The position numbers and the translations under genes are program-made. The notes beneath the pieces are model-generated. The model did no database searches and was not told the origin of the DNA. It was given only the letters and a program-made list of their open reading frames with translations. A DNA stretch of 64,000 bases from an uncultured SAR86 cluster bacterium (lineage in GTDB: Bacteria; Pseudomonadota; Gammaproteobacteria; Magnimaribacterales; AG-339-G14), in assembly GCA_902616715.1 (NCBI GenBank), contig CACMTR010000004.1, positions 117,053-181,052 on the forward strand, written 5' to 3'. Positions 29,545 through 41,100 of the stretch are shown here, piece after piece (positions within the stretch are counted from its first letter, which is position 1; every line of letters starts with the position of its first letter).

Positions 29545-29955
29545 TTAATAAGATATTTCTTTTTCTTCTTTACTATAACAAAAAGAGTTTTTGAAACACC
29601 CTTGATATTCCAAGTAAATATCATCTTTGGAAATAATATCAGAAAGATTAAAACTTAAAATAAAATCTTTTTCTAAAATAGGTTGAGTTCCAAAAAAATT
29701 ATCTTTTATAAATGTAATTTCTCCCAAAATAATGAAAGGTTTCATCAAGTCCTCTTGCTTAACTTTAATTTTATTTTTATAAACGTAAACTCCTTTATGT
29801 AATTTAAAAATTATCTCTAAAGTTTCTTTTTTTTTATCAGTATAAATACTTATGGCCTCTTTAGAGTTTGGTACGTGGTCATTTATAGAATCACTTGAAC
29901 TTAAATAGATCGAAAAAGTCATAATTAAGATCACTATTTTTTTTATTAGGTACAT
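29545..29955 (-). CDS. Secreted stand-alone DsbD N-terminal (alpha) domain protein
   Basis: 136 aa with a signal peptide. GVYVYKNKI, DNFFGTQPI and YQGCFKNSFCY align with E. coli nDsbD GYYLYRKQI, DEFYGKSEI and YQGCADAGFCY (same C-x5-C spacing). It occupies the dsbD position upstream of aroQ-accBC but lacks the TM and thioredoxin domains. Confidence 0.7.
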   Translation of the reverse strand: MYLIKKIVILIMTFSIYLSSSDSINDHVPNSKEAISIYTDKKKETLEIIFKLHKGVYVYKNKIKVKQEDLMKPFIILGEITFIKDNFFGTQPILEKDFILSFNLSDIISKDDIYLEYQGCFKNSFCYSKEEKEISY

Positions 29956-30026
29956 TTAATACAAATTCTAATAAAATATAGGAGATTTAAAAATTAATTT
30001 AAGATTTCCAATAACTCGATAAATAA

Positions 30027-31691
30027 ATGGATAAAAAGAGAAAGTTCTCATCCCCATTAGTAGATGGTCCAGAACAAGCAGCGTCTCGTTCAATGTTGCG
30101 TGCAGCAGGTTTTGAAGATGAAGATTTTACAAGACCTCAGGTTGGCGTTGCATCGACATGGTCTATGGTGACTCCGTGCAATATGCACATTAACGACTTG
30201 GCAAGCTTAGTGTGCGAGTCTGTTGATGAAAATGAGCTCAAGTCAGTTTTATTCAACACTATTACAATCTCAGATGGAATATCAATGGGAACTCTAGGAA
30301 TGAGATATTCGTTAGTTTCTCGAGAGGTAATTGCAGATTCAATCGAAACAGTCGTTGGATGCCAATCTTTTGATGGCGTAGTTGCAATAGGAGGGTGCGA
30401 TAAAAATATGCCTGGCTGTCTGATTGGCCTAGCAAGATTAAATAGACCTTCCATTTTTGTCTATGGAGGTTCAATTAGGCCGGGCGAAAATCATTCAGAT
30501 TTAGTGACTGTTATGGAAGGCATAGGAAGTTATACGAGTAAAAAAATTTCTGAGGATCAATTGATAGCAATTGAGAAAACAGCTCTTCCAGGACCAGGTT
30601 CTTGCGGAGGCATGTATACAGCTAATACCATGGCTTCTGCTATTGAAGCTTTAGGCATGAGTTTACCTGGCAGCAGTTCTCAAGATGCTATTTCAGATGA
30701 AAAAAAGATTGATTGTAAGAATATTGGAGCTGCTATAAATCACCTTTTGGAAAAAGATATTAAACCCTCAGATATCATGACTAGAAATGCATTCGAAAAT
30801 GCCATTAGAGTAATTATAGCTCTCGGAGGATCCACAAATGCTGTTCTTCATTTACTAGCTATGGCTCATACAGTTGGGGTTCCTTTAAAAATTGAAGATT
30901 TCGAGGTAATTGGAAAAACAAGCCCGGTCTTGGCTGATTTAAGGCCTTCTGGTCACTATCTAATGTCAGAGCTTAATGCCATTGGAGGAGTTCAACCGTT
31001 AATGAAAATGCTTATGGAAGAAGGGCTTCTGCATAAATCTTGTTTAACTGTTACAGGCAAAACCATGGAAGAAAATTTAGAAGACGTAAAGCCATACCCA
31101 AAAGAGCAAAAAATAATTTCAGCATTTTCTACGCCAATAAAAAAAGACAGTCACTTAAAAATCTTAAAAGGAAATTTAGCGGAGGATGGAGCTGTTGCCA
31201 AGATTACCGGGAAAGAAGGCACAAGCTTTACGGGAACTGCAAGAGTATTTAATTCAGAAGAAGAAACATTAGATGCTATTTATAATTCCAAAATTAATCC
31301 GGGTGACGTTATCGTTGTGAGATACGAAGGCCCTGTCGGTGGCCCTGGAATGCGAGAAATGTTGAAGCCAACTTCAGCAATTATGGGAAAAGATATGGGA
31401 GATAAAGTAGCTTTTATTACCGATGGAAGATTTTCAGGAGGCTCTCATGGTTTTGTCGTTGGACATATTACTCCCGAAGCTGCAAAAGGTGGATTAATAG
31501 GATTACTCGAGAATGGAGATGAAATCACTATTGATGCAATTAAGGGAAGGATTGACGTCAAGCTCTCTGATGAAGAAATTTCAAGAAGAAAAAAATCATG
31601 GGTAAATCCTAAACCTTATAAAGAAAGAGGCGTACTTGCCAAGTACGCTAAGGTTGTAAGTTCAGCTTCTTTGGGTGCCATAACTGATTAA
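30027..31691 (+). CDS. ilvD: Dihydroxy-acid dehydratase
   Basis: 554 aa with [31 protein letters not shown] and TDGRFSGGS blocks. Confidence 0.95.
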   Translation: MDKKRKFSSPLVDGPEQAASRSMLRAAGFEDEDFTRPQVGVASTWSMVTPCNMHINDLASLVCESVDENELKSVLFNTITISDGISMGTLGMRYSLVSREVIADSIETVVGCQSFDGVVAIGGCDKNMPGCLIGLARLNRPSIFVYGGSIRPGENHSDLVTVMEGIGSYTSKKISEDQLIAIEKTALPGPGSCGGMYTANTMASAIEALGMSLPGSSSQDAISDEKKIDCKNIGAAINHLLEKDIKPSDIMTRNAFENAIRVIIALGGSTNAVLHLLAMAHTVGVPLKIEDFEVIGKTSPVLADLRPSGHYLMSELNAIGGVQPLMKMLMEEGLLHKSCLTVTGKTMEENLEDVKPYPKEQKIISAFSTPIKKDSHLKILKGNLAEDGAVAKITGKEGTSFTGTARVFNSEEETLDAIYNSKINPGDVIVVRYEGPVGGPGMREMLKPTSAIMGKDMGDKVAFITDGRFSGGSHGFVVGHITPEAAKGGLIGLLENGDEITIDAIKGRIDVKLSDEEISRRKKSWVNPKPYKERGVLAKYAKVVSSASLGAITD

Positions 31692-31729
31692 AAGCTTTAA
31701 AATATTTTTATTTCCATCATAATTATTCT

Positions 31730-32053
31730 ATGAGTGAAATTATTGAATTGAACGACGAAAATTTTGATCAACAATTAACAGGATCTGAGAAACCTGTGCT
31801 TGTTGACTATTGGGCTGAATGGTGTGGTCCTTGTAAAATGGTGGCTCCAATACTTGAAGAATTATCTGATGAACTAAAAGATAAATTAACTATTGCAAAA
31901 TTAGATGTCGATAATAATAGAGATTCAGCTATTAAACAGAAAGTTATGAGTATTCCAACGTTAATACTTTTTAAAGATGGAAATCCAATTGATCAAAGAA
32001 TAGGAGCATTAACTAAAAATCAATTATTAGAATTCTTAAACCAACATATTTAA
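31730..32053 (+). CDS. trxA: Thioredoxin
   Basis: 107 aa with the WAEWCGPCK active site. It shows trxA-rho synteny. Confidence 0.95.
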   Translation: MSEIIELNDENFDQQLTGSEKPVLVDYWAEWCGPCKMVAPILEELSDELKDKLTIAKLDVDNNRDSAIKQKVMSIPTLILFKDGNPIDQRIGALTKNQLLEFLNQHI

Positions 32054-32158
32054 TTATTTACTAGACGTAATTAAATATAAGTGCTAGATTTGTTCAGTAG
32101 CTTTCGGTTACGAAATAAATTCCAGTAAATTTTTTTTCAATATAATTTAGAAATTCAC

Positions 32159-33421
32159 ATGCATTTAGGCGAACTTAAAGCCAAACCTATCGAAGAATTA
32201 ATCGGTATTGCCGAGGACATGGGTATTGAAAATATTGCAAGATCAAAAAAACAGGACGTTATATTTAATATATTAAAATCTCATTCTAAAGACGGAGAAG
32301 ATATTGAGGGCGAAGGAGTACTAGAAATTTTAAATGATGGTTTTGGATTTTTAAGATCACCTACTTCTTCATATCTTGCAGGACCTGATGACATTTACGT
32401 TTCTCCAAGTCAAATTAGACGATTTGGACTAAAAACAGGCGATTCGATCTCTGGAAAAATAAGACCTCCAAAAGACGGAGAAAGATATTTCGCTTTGTTA
32501 AAAATTGATGAAATAAATTTTGAGGGGACTGATAAAACTAAATCAAAATTGGCATTTGAAAATTTAACTCCTTTATTTCCTGAAGATAGACTGGTTATGG
32601 AATCTGGTAATGGTACTACTGAGGACTTATCCGCAAGAATTATCGACTTAATTTCACCAACTGGAAAAGGGCAAAGAGGCTTAATAGTTTCGCCCCCTAA
32701 AGCAGGAAAAACCTTGCTGCTCCAGAGCATCGCACATTCCATAGAAAAAAATAGTCCAGACAGTATTTTAATGGTTCTTCTGATTGATGAGCGACCCGAA
32801 GAGGTCACAGATATGACCAGATCAGTAAAGGGCGAAGTCATAGCGAGCACCTTTGACGAACCTCCCTCACGTCATGTTCAAGTAGCTGAAATGGCAATCG
32901 CAAAAGCTAGAAGACTAGTGGAATCTGGAAATGATGTAATTATCCTATTAGATTCAATTACTAGGTTAGGAAGAGCATACAACTCAACTCAAGCATCTTC
33001 AGGAAAAATCCTTACTGGTGGAGTCGATGCAAATGCTTTAGAAAAACCTAAAAGATTTTTTGGTGCAGCCAGAAATATTGAAAACGGGGGAAGCCTGACT
33101 ATTATAGCCACAGCTTTAGTCGATACTGGTTCTAGAATGGATGAGGTTATTTATGAGGAATTCAAAGGAACTGGTAATCAGGAAATTCATTTAGATCGAT
33201 CGATTGCAGAAAAGAGAATTTTTCCTGCCATCAACATTAGAAGATCTGGAACCAGGAGAGAGGAATTAATCACAGATGAATTAGATCTAGCTAGAATTAA
33301 TATTCTCAGAAAATTACTTCATGAAATGGAAGACATTACGGCCACAGAATGGCTCATTGATAAGCTGAGAAAGCATAAGACCAACAATGAGTTCTTCGAT
33401 TCAATGAAGAAGGCTAAGTAG
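32159..33421 (+). CDS. rho: Transcription termination factor Rho
   Basis: 420 aa with an N-terminal RNA-binding domain, P-loop [15 protein letters not shown] and [10 protein letters not shown]. Confidence 0.96.
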   Translation: MHLGELKAKPIEELIGIAEDMGIENIARSKKQDVIFNILKSHSKDGEDIEGEGVLEILNDGFGFLRSPTSSYLAGPDDIYVSPSQIRRFGLKTGDSISGKIRPPKDGERYFALLKIDEINFEGTDKTKSKLAFENLTPLFPEDRLVMESGNGTTEDLSARIIDLISPTGKGQRGLIVSPPKAGKTLLLQSIAHSIEKNSPDSILMVLLIDERPEEVTDMTRSVKGEVIASTFDEPPSRHVQVAEMAIAKARRLVESGNDVIILLDSITRLGRAYNSTQASSGKILTGGVDANALEKPKRFFGAARNIENGGSLTIIATALVDTGSRMDEVIYEEFKGTGNQEIHLDRSIAEKRIFPAINIRRSGTRREELITDELDLARINILRKLLHEMEDITATEWLIDKLRKHKTNNEFFDSMKKAK

Positions 33422-33983
33422 TTTTAACCTTTATTAATCTATAACATTTATTTTTCATAATTTTTTCTTTAAAAATTTCAAATTCTTCATCCAAAAAATT
33501 TAAATTAACACTCTTCTCTGATTCTAGATAAAAAATTGTGTCGGAGGAGTAGATTTTCTTCCGTTTGATACATTTAAAAACACCCTCTATTAAATCCTTA
33601 TGAAACGGAGGATCAATAAAGATTAAATCGTAGATCTGCTCTGACGAGTTTTGTTCAAACCATTTATAAAAATCTTCATTGTAAATTTTCGCATTTACTT
33701 TTCCCTCTAAGCTATCTAAGCTCTTTTTGAGATTTTGTGCAAAAATTTTTTCTGTTTCTACAAAATCAATTCTAATTGCACCTCGAGATAAGGCTTCAAT
33801 TCCCATTGCACCTGTACCTGCGAATAAATCCAAGCAAGAGATACCAGTTAGATCATTTCCTAACCAATTAAAAACAGTTTCTTTAGCTCTATCGGGTGTT
33901 GGTCTTAAATTTGGATTTATTGGAAAAAGAATTTTTTTTCCTCTCCACCTTCCTCCGATAATTCTTATTTTCCCTTTTTCCAT
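33414..33983 (-). CDS. rsmD: 16S rRNA (guanine966-N2)-methyltransferase
   Basis: It has [30 protein letters not shown] and IFIDPPF motifs. I start it at the internal Met (MEKGK...) because the track ORF extension would overlap the divergent neighbour. Confidence 0.85.
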   Translation of the reverse strand: MEKGKIRIIGGRWRGKKILFPINPNLRPTPDRAKETVFNWLGNDLTGISCLDLFAGTGAMGIEALSRGAIRIDFVETEKIFAQNLKKSLDSLEGKVNAKIYNEDFYKWFEQNSSEQIYDLIFIDPPFHKDLIEGVFKCIKRKKIYSSDTIFYLESEKSVNLNFLDEEFEIFKEKIMKNKCYRLIKVKTT

Positions 33984-34037
33984 CTCAGCCACAAATGAAT
34001 TATGATTACAGTTAAGAATATTTTTTATAAAAACCTT

Positions 34038-34493
34038 ATGCAAGAAGAATTTTTACAAATCCTTAGAACGCTGAAACAAAATGTATACATTATGACTTCG
34101 GGCGTTGAGGGGGATAGATGTGCGGTTACCGTTTCTTCTGTAACTTCATTATCCTTAGAACCGCCTTTGATAATCGTTTGCATTAATAAAAATGCTTCAA
34201 TGCATGAAAACTTAGAAATAAATAAAAAATTCTGTTTGAACTTGTTAAAAAGTTCTCAAATAGATTTAGCCAATTTGTGCAGCGGTGAAGATGAAGGTGA
34301 GAAAAGATTTTCTAAAGGGGAGTGGAGTCAAATTGAACCAGTTTATTTAACTAACGCTCAATCTAATATTTTTTGCACCATAGATAAAATCTTTCCTTTT
34401 CAGAGTCATTCTTTAGTGGTTGGCAAAATTTACGATTTAAATCACTCTGGAGAAAAAGATCCGTTAATATATCAAGACGGTGAATATGAATAA
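34038..34493 (+). CDS. Flavin reductase-like (FMN-binding split-barrel) protein
   Basis: About 151 aa. VTVSSVTSLSLEPPLIIVCINK is typical of the flavin reductase domain. Start chosen at MQEEF. Confidence 0.7.
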   Translation: MQEEFLQILRTLKQNVYIMTSGVEGDRCAVTVSSVTSLSLEPPLIIVCINKNASMHENLEINKKFCLNLLKSSQIDLANLCSGEDEGEKRFSKGEWSQIEPVYLTNAQSNIFCTIDKIFPFQSHSLVVGKIYDLNHSGEKDPLIYQDGEYE

Positions 34494-34881
34494 ATTTCTA
34501 GTAACAGTATCTTTAATTTTTTCAATTAGTGTCGCTGCTTCAGCTGAGGTTTTTATTATAAGTCCCAAAGATGGCGAAGAAGTTTCAAGTCCTGTTGAAG
34601 TTATTTTCGGACTTCAAGGAATGGGCATAGCTCCTGCGGGAATAAATTTTCCAAATACTGGTCATCATCATCTTTTAATCGATTTAGATCAGCTACCTGA
34701 TTTAAAGTCTGGAATTCCTGCAGATGCTCAACATTTGCATTTTGGTAAAGGCCAAACCCAAGCACTTATAGAACTTGATCCAGGAGAACACTCTCTTCAG
34801 CTTTTACTTGGCGATTGGATGCATGTTCCTCATGAGACGCCAGTGGTTTCTGAAAAAATAAAAATTTTGGTTTTAGATTAA
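34480..34881 (+). CDS. Periplasmic DUF4399-domain protein
   Basis: 133 aa with a signal peptide and the GHHHLLID plus HFGKGQT blocks characteristic of DUF4399. Confidence 0.7.
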   Translation: MNMNKFLVTVSLIFSISVAASAEVFIISPKDGEEVSSPVEVIFGLQGMGIAPAGINFPNTGHHHLLIDLDQLPDLKSGIPADAQHLHFGKGQTQALIELDPGEHSLQLLLGDWMHVPHETPVVSEKIKILVLD

Positions 34882-34902
34882 TCAAATCAAGAATCTTAGA
34901 TT

Positions 34903-35664
34903 TTAAATGTTTTCTCTATAGGTCTTTAAAACATCCTCAGCTTCTTTTGCTAAGTCATTTTTTCCTAATTCCTTGTATGCAATGATTGATATTTCCAAAG
35001 CCTTGACCACTTCTGGAGTTCGAGACATATGCTTGATTACATAATTAGCCCGATTAACAGCGGCTACATATGCTTTTCTTTCGATGTAGTATTCTGCAAT
35101 ATAAATTTCTTGTTTAGCAATCAAATTTCTTAAGTAAACCATTCTTTGTTTTGCATTTCCTGCATATTCACTTTCAGGATATCTCGTGAGAAATTCGCTC
35201 AAATCGTCAAAAGACTCTTTAGCTCGGCTAAGGTCTCTTTTGTGAGTCATATCTCCAAGAAGAGGTAGTTCACCAAAAAAACTTTGATCCTCTGTAAATT
35301 TAGCTAATCCCTTCAAATAAAATGCATATGGAGTATTAGGATGTCTTGGATGAAGACTTATGAATCTTTCTGCTGCTGAGATTGCCGCATCGTAAGAAGA
35401 ATTTTTATAGTAAGCATAAATTAATTCAGATTGAGCTTGCTCTGCATATTTTCCAAAGGGAAATTGCCTCTCTAAAGTCTCTAAACTTAAAATGGCGAGC
35501 GCATAATTTCCTGATTTCAGTCTACTTTGGGCTTGATCGTAAATATCTTTCTCAATCATTTCTATAGTAATTTCTTCCTCCGGACTAGAGTTACAACCAG
35601 AAAAAATTAGAGCTAAGATAGCTAGACTAAGCAACCAGAATTTATTTTTCTTAATATTGTTCAT
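34903..35664 (-). CDS. bamD: Outer-membrane protein assembly factor BamD
   Basis: 253 aa, lipobox IFSGC, with TPR-like repeats. It is divergent from rluD, as in E. coli. Confidence 0.88.
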   Translation of the reverse strand: MNNIKKNKFWLLSLAILALIFSGCNSSPEEEITIEMIEKDIYDQAQSRLKSGNYALAILSLETLERQFPFGKYAEQAQSELIYAYYKNSSYDAAISAAERFISLHPRHPNTPYAFYLKGLAKFTEDQSFFGELPLLGDMTHKRDLSRAKESFDDLSEFLTRYPESEYAGNAKQRMVYLRNLIAKQEIYIAEYYIERKAYVAAVNRANYVIKHMSRTPEVVKALEISIIAYKELGKNDLAKEAEDVLKTYRENI

Positions 35665-35692
35665 AGTTTCGACTATTCTATCATCAGAAAAT

Positions 35693-36646
35693 ATGACAAA
35701 TAAAACTAATCAAGTCCTTAAAGTTCCCGAGGAATTATCTGGTCAAAGAATTGATTTGGCTCTTACTTCAATGCTAAAGGATATTTCTAGATCAAAAATA
35801 AAAAATGCAATTTTAAGTGGTAGAGTCTTGCTCAATGAGGAAATAGTTTTTAAATTAAATAGTAAGCTTCTTGGCGGCGAGTTAATAGAAATTACTTTTA
35901 TCGAAGAAGAAGTAGTTGAAACAATCCCACAAAAAATTGATTTGGACATTGTCAGTGAGGATGATGACTTCATCATAATAAACAAAACCTCAGATTTGGT
36001 TGTACACCCAGGTGCTGGAAACAAAACTAATACTCTTTTAAATGGACTTTTATTTGAGTTTCCGGAATTAAAAAAACTTCCTAGAGGAGGAATTGTTCAT
36101 AGACTAGATAAAGATACTTCAGGGCTAATGGTGATAGCTAAAAATGAAAAATCTCTACTAAATTTGTCAGCGCAAATTTCAAGCAGAGAGGTAACAAGAA
36201 TATATCAAGCCTTTGTTGTTGGTAGAATTACCAAATCTGGAAAAATTGATGAACCAATTGGCAGACATCCTTCCAATAGACAAAAACAATCTGTACTTGC
36301 TTCTGGTAAAGAGGCTATCACTCACTATTCACTTGAAACGACTTATGGTAATTATTCACATTTGGTTTTAAGGCTTGAAACGGGAAGAACTCATCAGATT
36401 AGGGTTCATTTAAGTCACATGGGTTTTCCCATCATTGGCGATCCCTTGTATGGTAGAAAAAGGAGGTTTGCAAAATCTACTGACAGTAAATTAAGAGAGG
36501 TTATCGAGCAATTTCCAAGGCAGGCTCTTCACGCTTCCTCTCTCGCATTTCTCCACCCTAGGTCAAATGAAAAAATTGAATTTACGAGTGAGTTACCGAA
36601 AGATATAAAGAGCCTTGAAACCAAACTAGCTCAACTCTCTCAATAG
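35693..36646 (+). CDS. rluD: 23S rRNA pseudouridine synthase D
   Basis: It has an S4 domain, HRLDKDTSGLMV (catalytic Asp) and GRTHQIRVH. Start moved to MTNKT to avoid overlapping the bamD start. Confidence 0.9.
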   Translation: MTNKTNQVLKVPEELSGQRIDLALTSMLKDISRSKIKNAILSGRVLLNEEIVFKLNSKLLGGELIEITFIEEEVVETIPQKIDLDIVSEDDDFIIINKTSDLVVHPGAGNKTNTLLNGLLFEFPELKKLPRGGIVHRLDKDTSGLMVIAKNEKSLLNLSAQISSREVTRIYQAFVVGRITKSGKIDEPIGRHPSNRQKQSVLASGKEAITHYSLETTYGNYSHLVLRLETGRTHQIRVHLSHMGFPIIGDPLYGRKRRFAKSTDSKLREVIEQFPRQALHASSLAFLHPRSNEKIEFTSELPKDIKSLETKLAQLSQ

Positions 36647-36709
36647 ACTTGACTTGTATCTGATGGGTGTCAAAATTCGCTCCCTTAGGTACAAAACTAA
36701 GCAATAGCA

Positions 36710-38449
36710 ATGAGTAATGAGGAAATCAATGGAGGAGATGCTCTGATAAGAGCTCTCGCCGACGAAAATATTGACTTAATTTTTGGCTATCCAGGCGGAG
36801 CGGCTTTGCATATCTATGATGCAATTTATAAGCAAAATAAAGTTCAACACATTTTGGTGAGGCATGAACAAGCTGCAGTTCATGCTGCAGATGGTTATGC
36901 CAGAGCAACAGGAAAACCAGGAGTAGCCTTAGTTACGTCAGGGCCTGGCGCTACCAACGCAATTACTGGAATTGCAACCGCTTATATGGATTCTATTCCA
37001 GTAGTGGTTATATCTGGGCAAGTTGCAAGCCACTTGATTGGTTCTGATGCATTTCAAGAAACTGACATGATGGGAATTTCGAGACCTATTGTTAAACATA
37101 GTTTTCTTGTGCAATCAGCTGAAGAAATACCAGTTGTTATAAAAAAAGCATTTCATATTGCTACGTCAGGTAGACCTGGGCCAGTAGTAATTGATGTACC
37201 CAAAAACATGACGGATCCAAATTACAAGTTTGAGTATAATTATCCTAAAGATTTAGTCATGAGGTCGTTTCCAATTTTAGGAAAGGGAAATGATGAAAAA
37301 ATTGCTGCTGCGATAGAATTATTTAGAGCTGCAAAAAAACCGGTTATATATTCCGGCGGTGGGACTATTCAAGCAGACGCCTCAAAGGAACTGACTGAAT
37401 TTTCAAAATTAATTGGCTGTCCAGTTACTAATACGCTGATGGGACTTGGAGCGTTTCCAGGAAACGATAACCAATTTGTCGGCATGTTGGGAATGCATGG
37501 AACCTATGAAGCGAACATGGTGATGTCTGAGGCTGACTTAATTTTTAATGTTGGCGCAAGATTCGACGATCGTATAACAAACAATCCAAGTAAATTTGGC
37601 TTGGCAGCAAAAAAAATACATATCGATTCAGATCCGTCTTCAATCGATAAGATTATTGGAGTTGATCTAGCAATAGAAGGCGATGCGAAGTTGGTGATGC
37701 AACAATTAATAGAGCAAGTTAAAGCCAGTGGTTTCGATCAAACTATTTACAAAGATTGGTGGAGTAAAGTTGAAGCTTGGAGAAAGGCGCATGGTTTAAA
37801 TCACGACATGCTTAATCTCAAAAATGAAAAGGATATAATTTTGCCGCAGCAAGTTATCCAGTCTTTATATCAAACTACCAAAGGCGATGCTTATGTAACC
37901 TCTGATGTTGGTCAGCACCAGATGTTTGCAGCCCAATATTATAAATTTAAAGACCCTAGAAAATGGATCAACTCAGGCGGTCTGGGAACTATGGGCTTTG
38001 GGCTTCCATCAGCTATGGGAGTTAAATTTGCATTTCCTGAAGCTGACGTTGCTTGTGTGACGGGGGAAGGAAGCATTCAAATGTGTATCCAAGAATTATC
38101 AACTTGTGGACAATATGGTCTCCCAATAAAAATTGTTAACTTAAATAATAGGGCTTTAGGAATGGTTAAACAGTGGCAAGACATGCAATATGGAGGAAGA
38201 TATTCCAGTATTTCTTACGAAGATTCTCTTCCAGATTTTGTGAAGCTTGCAGAATCTTTTGGACATGTTGGAATCAAAGTTGAAAAGCTGTCAGAGCTGA
38301 ACGATGCTATGAAAGAAAGTTTTGCAATGAAAGATAAATTAGTATTTTTGGATGTTTTGGTTGATCCCGATGAGCATGTATATCCTATGCTTGAGGCCGG
38401 AGGGTCAATGTCCGAAATGCGCTTGAGTAAGGATAAAAAAACTTTTTAA
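36710..38449 (+). CDS. ilvI: Acetolactate synthase large subunit
   Basis: 579 aa, a ThDP enzyme, with GYPGGA, GPGATN and GGLGTMGFGLPSAMG blocks. Confidence 0.94.
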   Translation: MSNEEINGGDALIRALADENIDLIFGYPGGAALHIYDAIYKQNKVQHILVRHEQAAVHAADGYARATGKPGVALVTSGPGATNAITGIATAYMDSIPVVVISGQVASHLIGSDAFQETDMMGISRPIVKHSFLVQSAEEIPVVIKKAFHIATSGRPGPVVIDVPKNMTDPNYKFEYNYPKDLVMRSFPILGKGNDEKIAAAIELFRAAKKPVIYSGGGTIQADASKELTEFSKLIGCPVTNTLMGLGAFPGNDNQFVGMLGMHGTYEANMVMSEADLIFNVGARFDDRITNNPSKFGLAAKKIHIDSDPSSIDKIIGVDLAIEGDAKLVMQQLIEQVKASGFDQTIYKDWWSKVEAWRKAHGLNHDMLNLKNEKDIILPQQVIQSLYQTTKGDAYVTSDVGQHQMFAAQYYKFKDPRKWINSGGLGTMGFGLPSAMGVKFAFPEADVACVTGEGSIQMCIQELSTCGQYGLPIKIVNLNNRALGMVKQWQDMQYGGRYSSISYEDSLPDFVKLAESFGHVGIKVEKLSELNDAMKESFAMKDKLVFLDVLVDPDEHVYPMLEAGGSMSEMRLSKDKKTF

Positions 38450-38450
38450 G

Positions 38451-40008
<1,558 letters not shown>

Positions 40009-40018
40009 TTTTCTTTTT

Positions 40019-40897
40019 ATGATTTTTCTTGACGGCAGTCTTGGCCATGAACTTTTAGAACGATCCAAAAAGAAATTTAAAGGCACTTGGTCAGCGCAGT
40101 TTCTTCTAAAGGAAAGTCATTTAATTTCCGAGGTTTATGATGAGTACATTGATGCTGGTTCTGAAGTTATCACAACTAATACTTATTCAACTATTCCAAG
40201 CTATCTATCCAAAGATGGGCTCGAAGATGAAATGGTCAATCTCATAAGGAAAGCTGGAGAAATTGCAAAAAACACTGCGTTAAAATATGAAGGAAAAATT
40301 AAAGTGGCTGGTTCTATTCCTCCACTAGATGAAAGTTATCGACCCGATTTAGTTCATAACCTTGAGCAATCACTCGAGGTGTATGAAGTTTTAATTAAAG
40401 AATTAGATCCGTACGTGGATTTTTATTTATGCGAAACAATCTCCTCAGTGCAAGAAACAATAAATGTGTTGGAATCCTTAAAGCGGTTTAACTCTGGCAA
40501 ACCAGTTTGGCTGTCTTGGTCATTAGAAGATTTTAATTCCAATAAACTCAGAAGTGGAGAGGGGATAGAAGCTGCCTTTTTAGAAGCAGAGCAATACAAT
40601 CCAGATGCATATTTGTTTAATTGTACCGATCCAGATTCAATCTCTAAGGGATTGATTGAACTTCAAAAACTTACAAATAAAAAGATAGGAGCTTATCCAA
40701 ATGTTTTTTCTGTGCCTTTGGGATGGACTTTAGATAATGAAATTAAAAATCAGGTAAGAGATTTGAGTAAAGATGCTTTCGTTGAATACTGCATGGAGTG
40801 GAAGAAAATTGGGGCCTCAATTTTTGGCGGCTGTTGTGGTATTGGTCCAGATTTCATCAAACCGATGACAGAGAAGTTAAGAAATATTTCTAATTAA
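40019..40897 (+). CDS. Homocysteine S-methyltransferase-domain protein
   Basis: 292 aa with the N-terminal DGSLGHEL, TNTYS and C-terminal GGCCGIGP zinc-site block (Pfam S-methyl_trans type). The methyl donor is unknown. Confidence 0.8.
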   Translation: MIFLDGSLGHELLERSKKKFKGTWSAQFLLKESHLISEVYDEYIDAGSEVITTNTYSTIPSYLSKDGLEDEMVNLIRKAGEIAKNTALKYEGKIKVAGSIPPLDESYRPDLVHNLEQSLEVYEVLIKELDPYVDFYLCETISSVQETINVLESLKRFNSGKPVWLSWSLEDFNSNKLRSGEGIEAAFLEAEQYNPDAYLFNCTDPDSISKGLIELQKLTNKKIGAYPNVFSVPLGWTLDNEIKNQVRDLSKDAFVEYCMEWKKIGASIFGGCCGIGPDFIKPMTEKLRNISN

Positions 40898-40901
40898 TTT
40901 C

Positions 40902-40930
40902 TTACCAAATCAAATTATTTCTTGTAGTAT
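40902..40930 (+). promoter_or_regulatory. Candidate sigma70 promoter for tRNA-Ile (TTACCA-17-TAGTAT)
   Basis: Hexamers read directly at 40902-40907 and 40925-40930. Each matches the consensus at 4/6 positions with a 17-nt spacer. It sits about 18 nt upstream of the tRNA. Confidence 0.3.
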
Positions 40931-40947
40931 GACCATCCCATTCAATT

Positions 40948-41024
<77 letters not shown>

Positions 41025-41100
41025 TTTTTTCAATTTTGATACAAAAAGTTTCTTCTTAGACACGTTTACATTAATTTTTTCAAGTAGAATTTTCACCGTT

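Noticed and set aside
36647-36709. ilv leader peptide / attenuator upstream of ilvI
   Set aside because: Only 63 nt are available. There is no small ORF rich in Ile/Leu/Val and no terminator hairpin. A possible TTGACT...TGTCAAAAT promoter is too weak to call.
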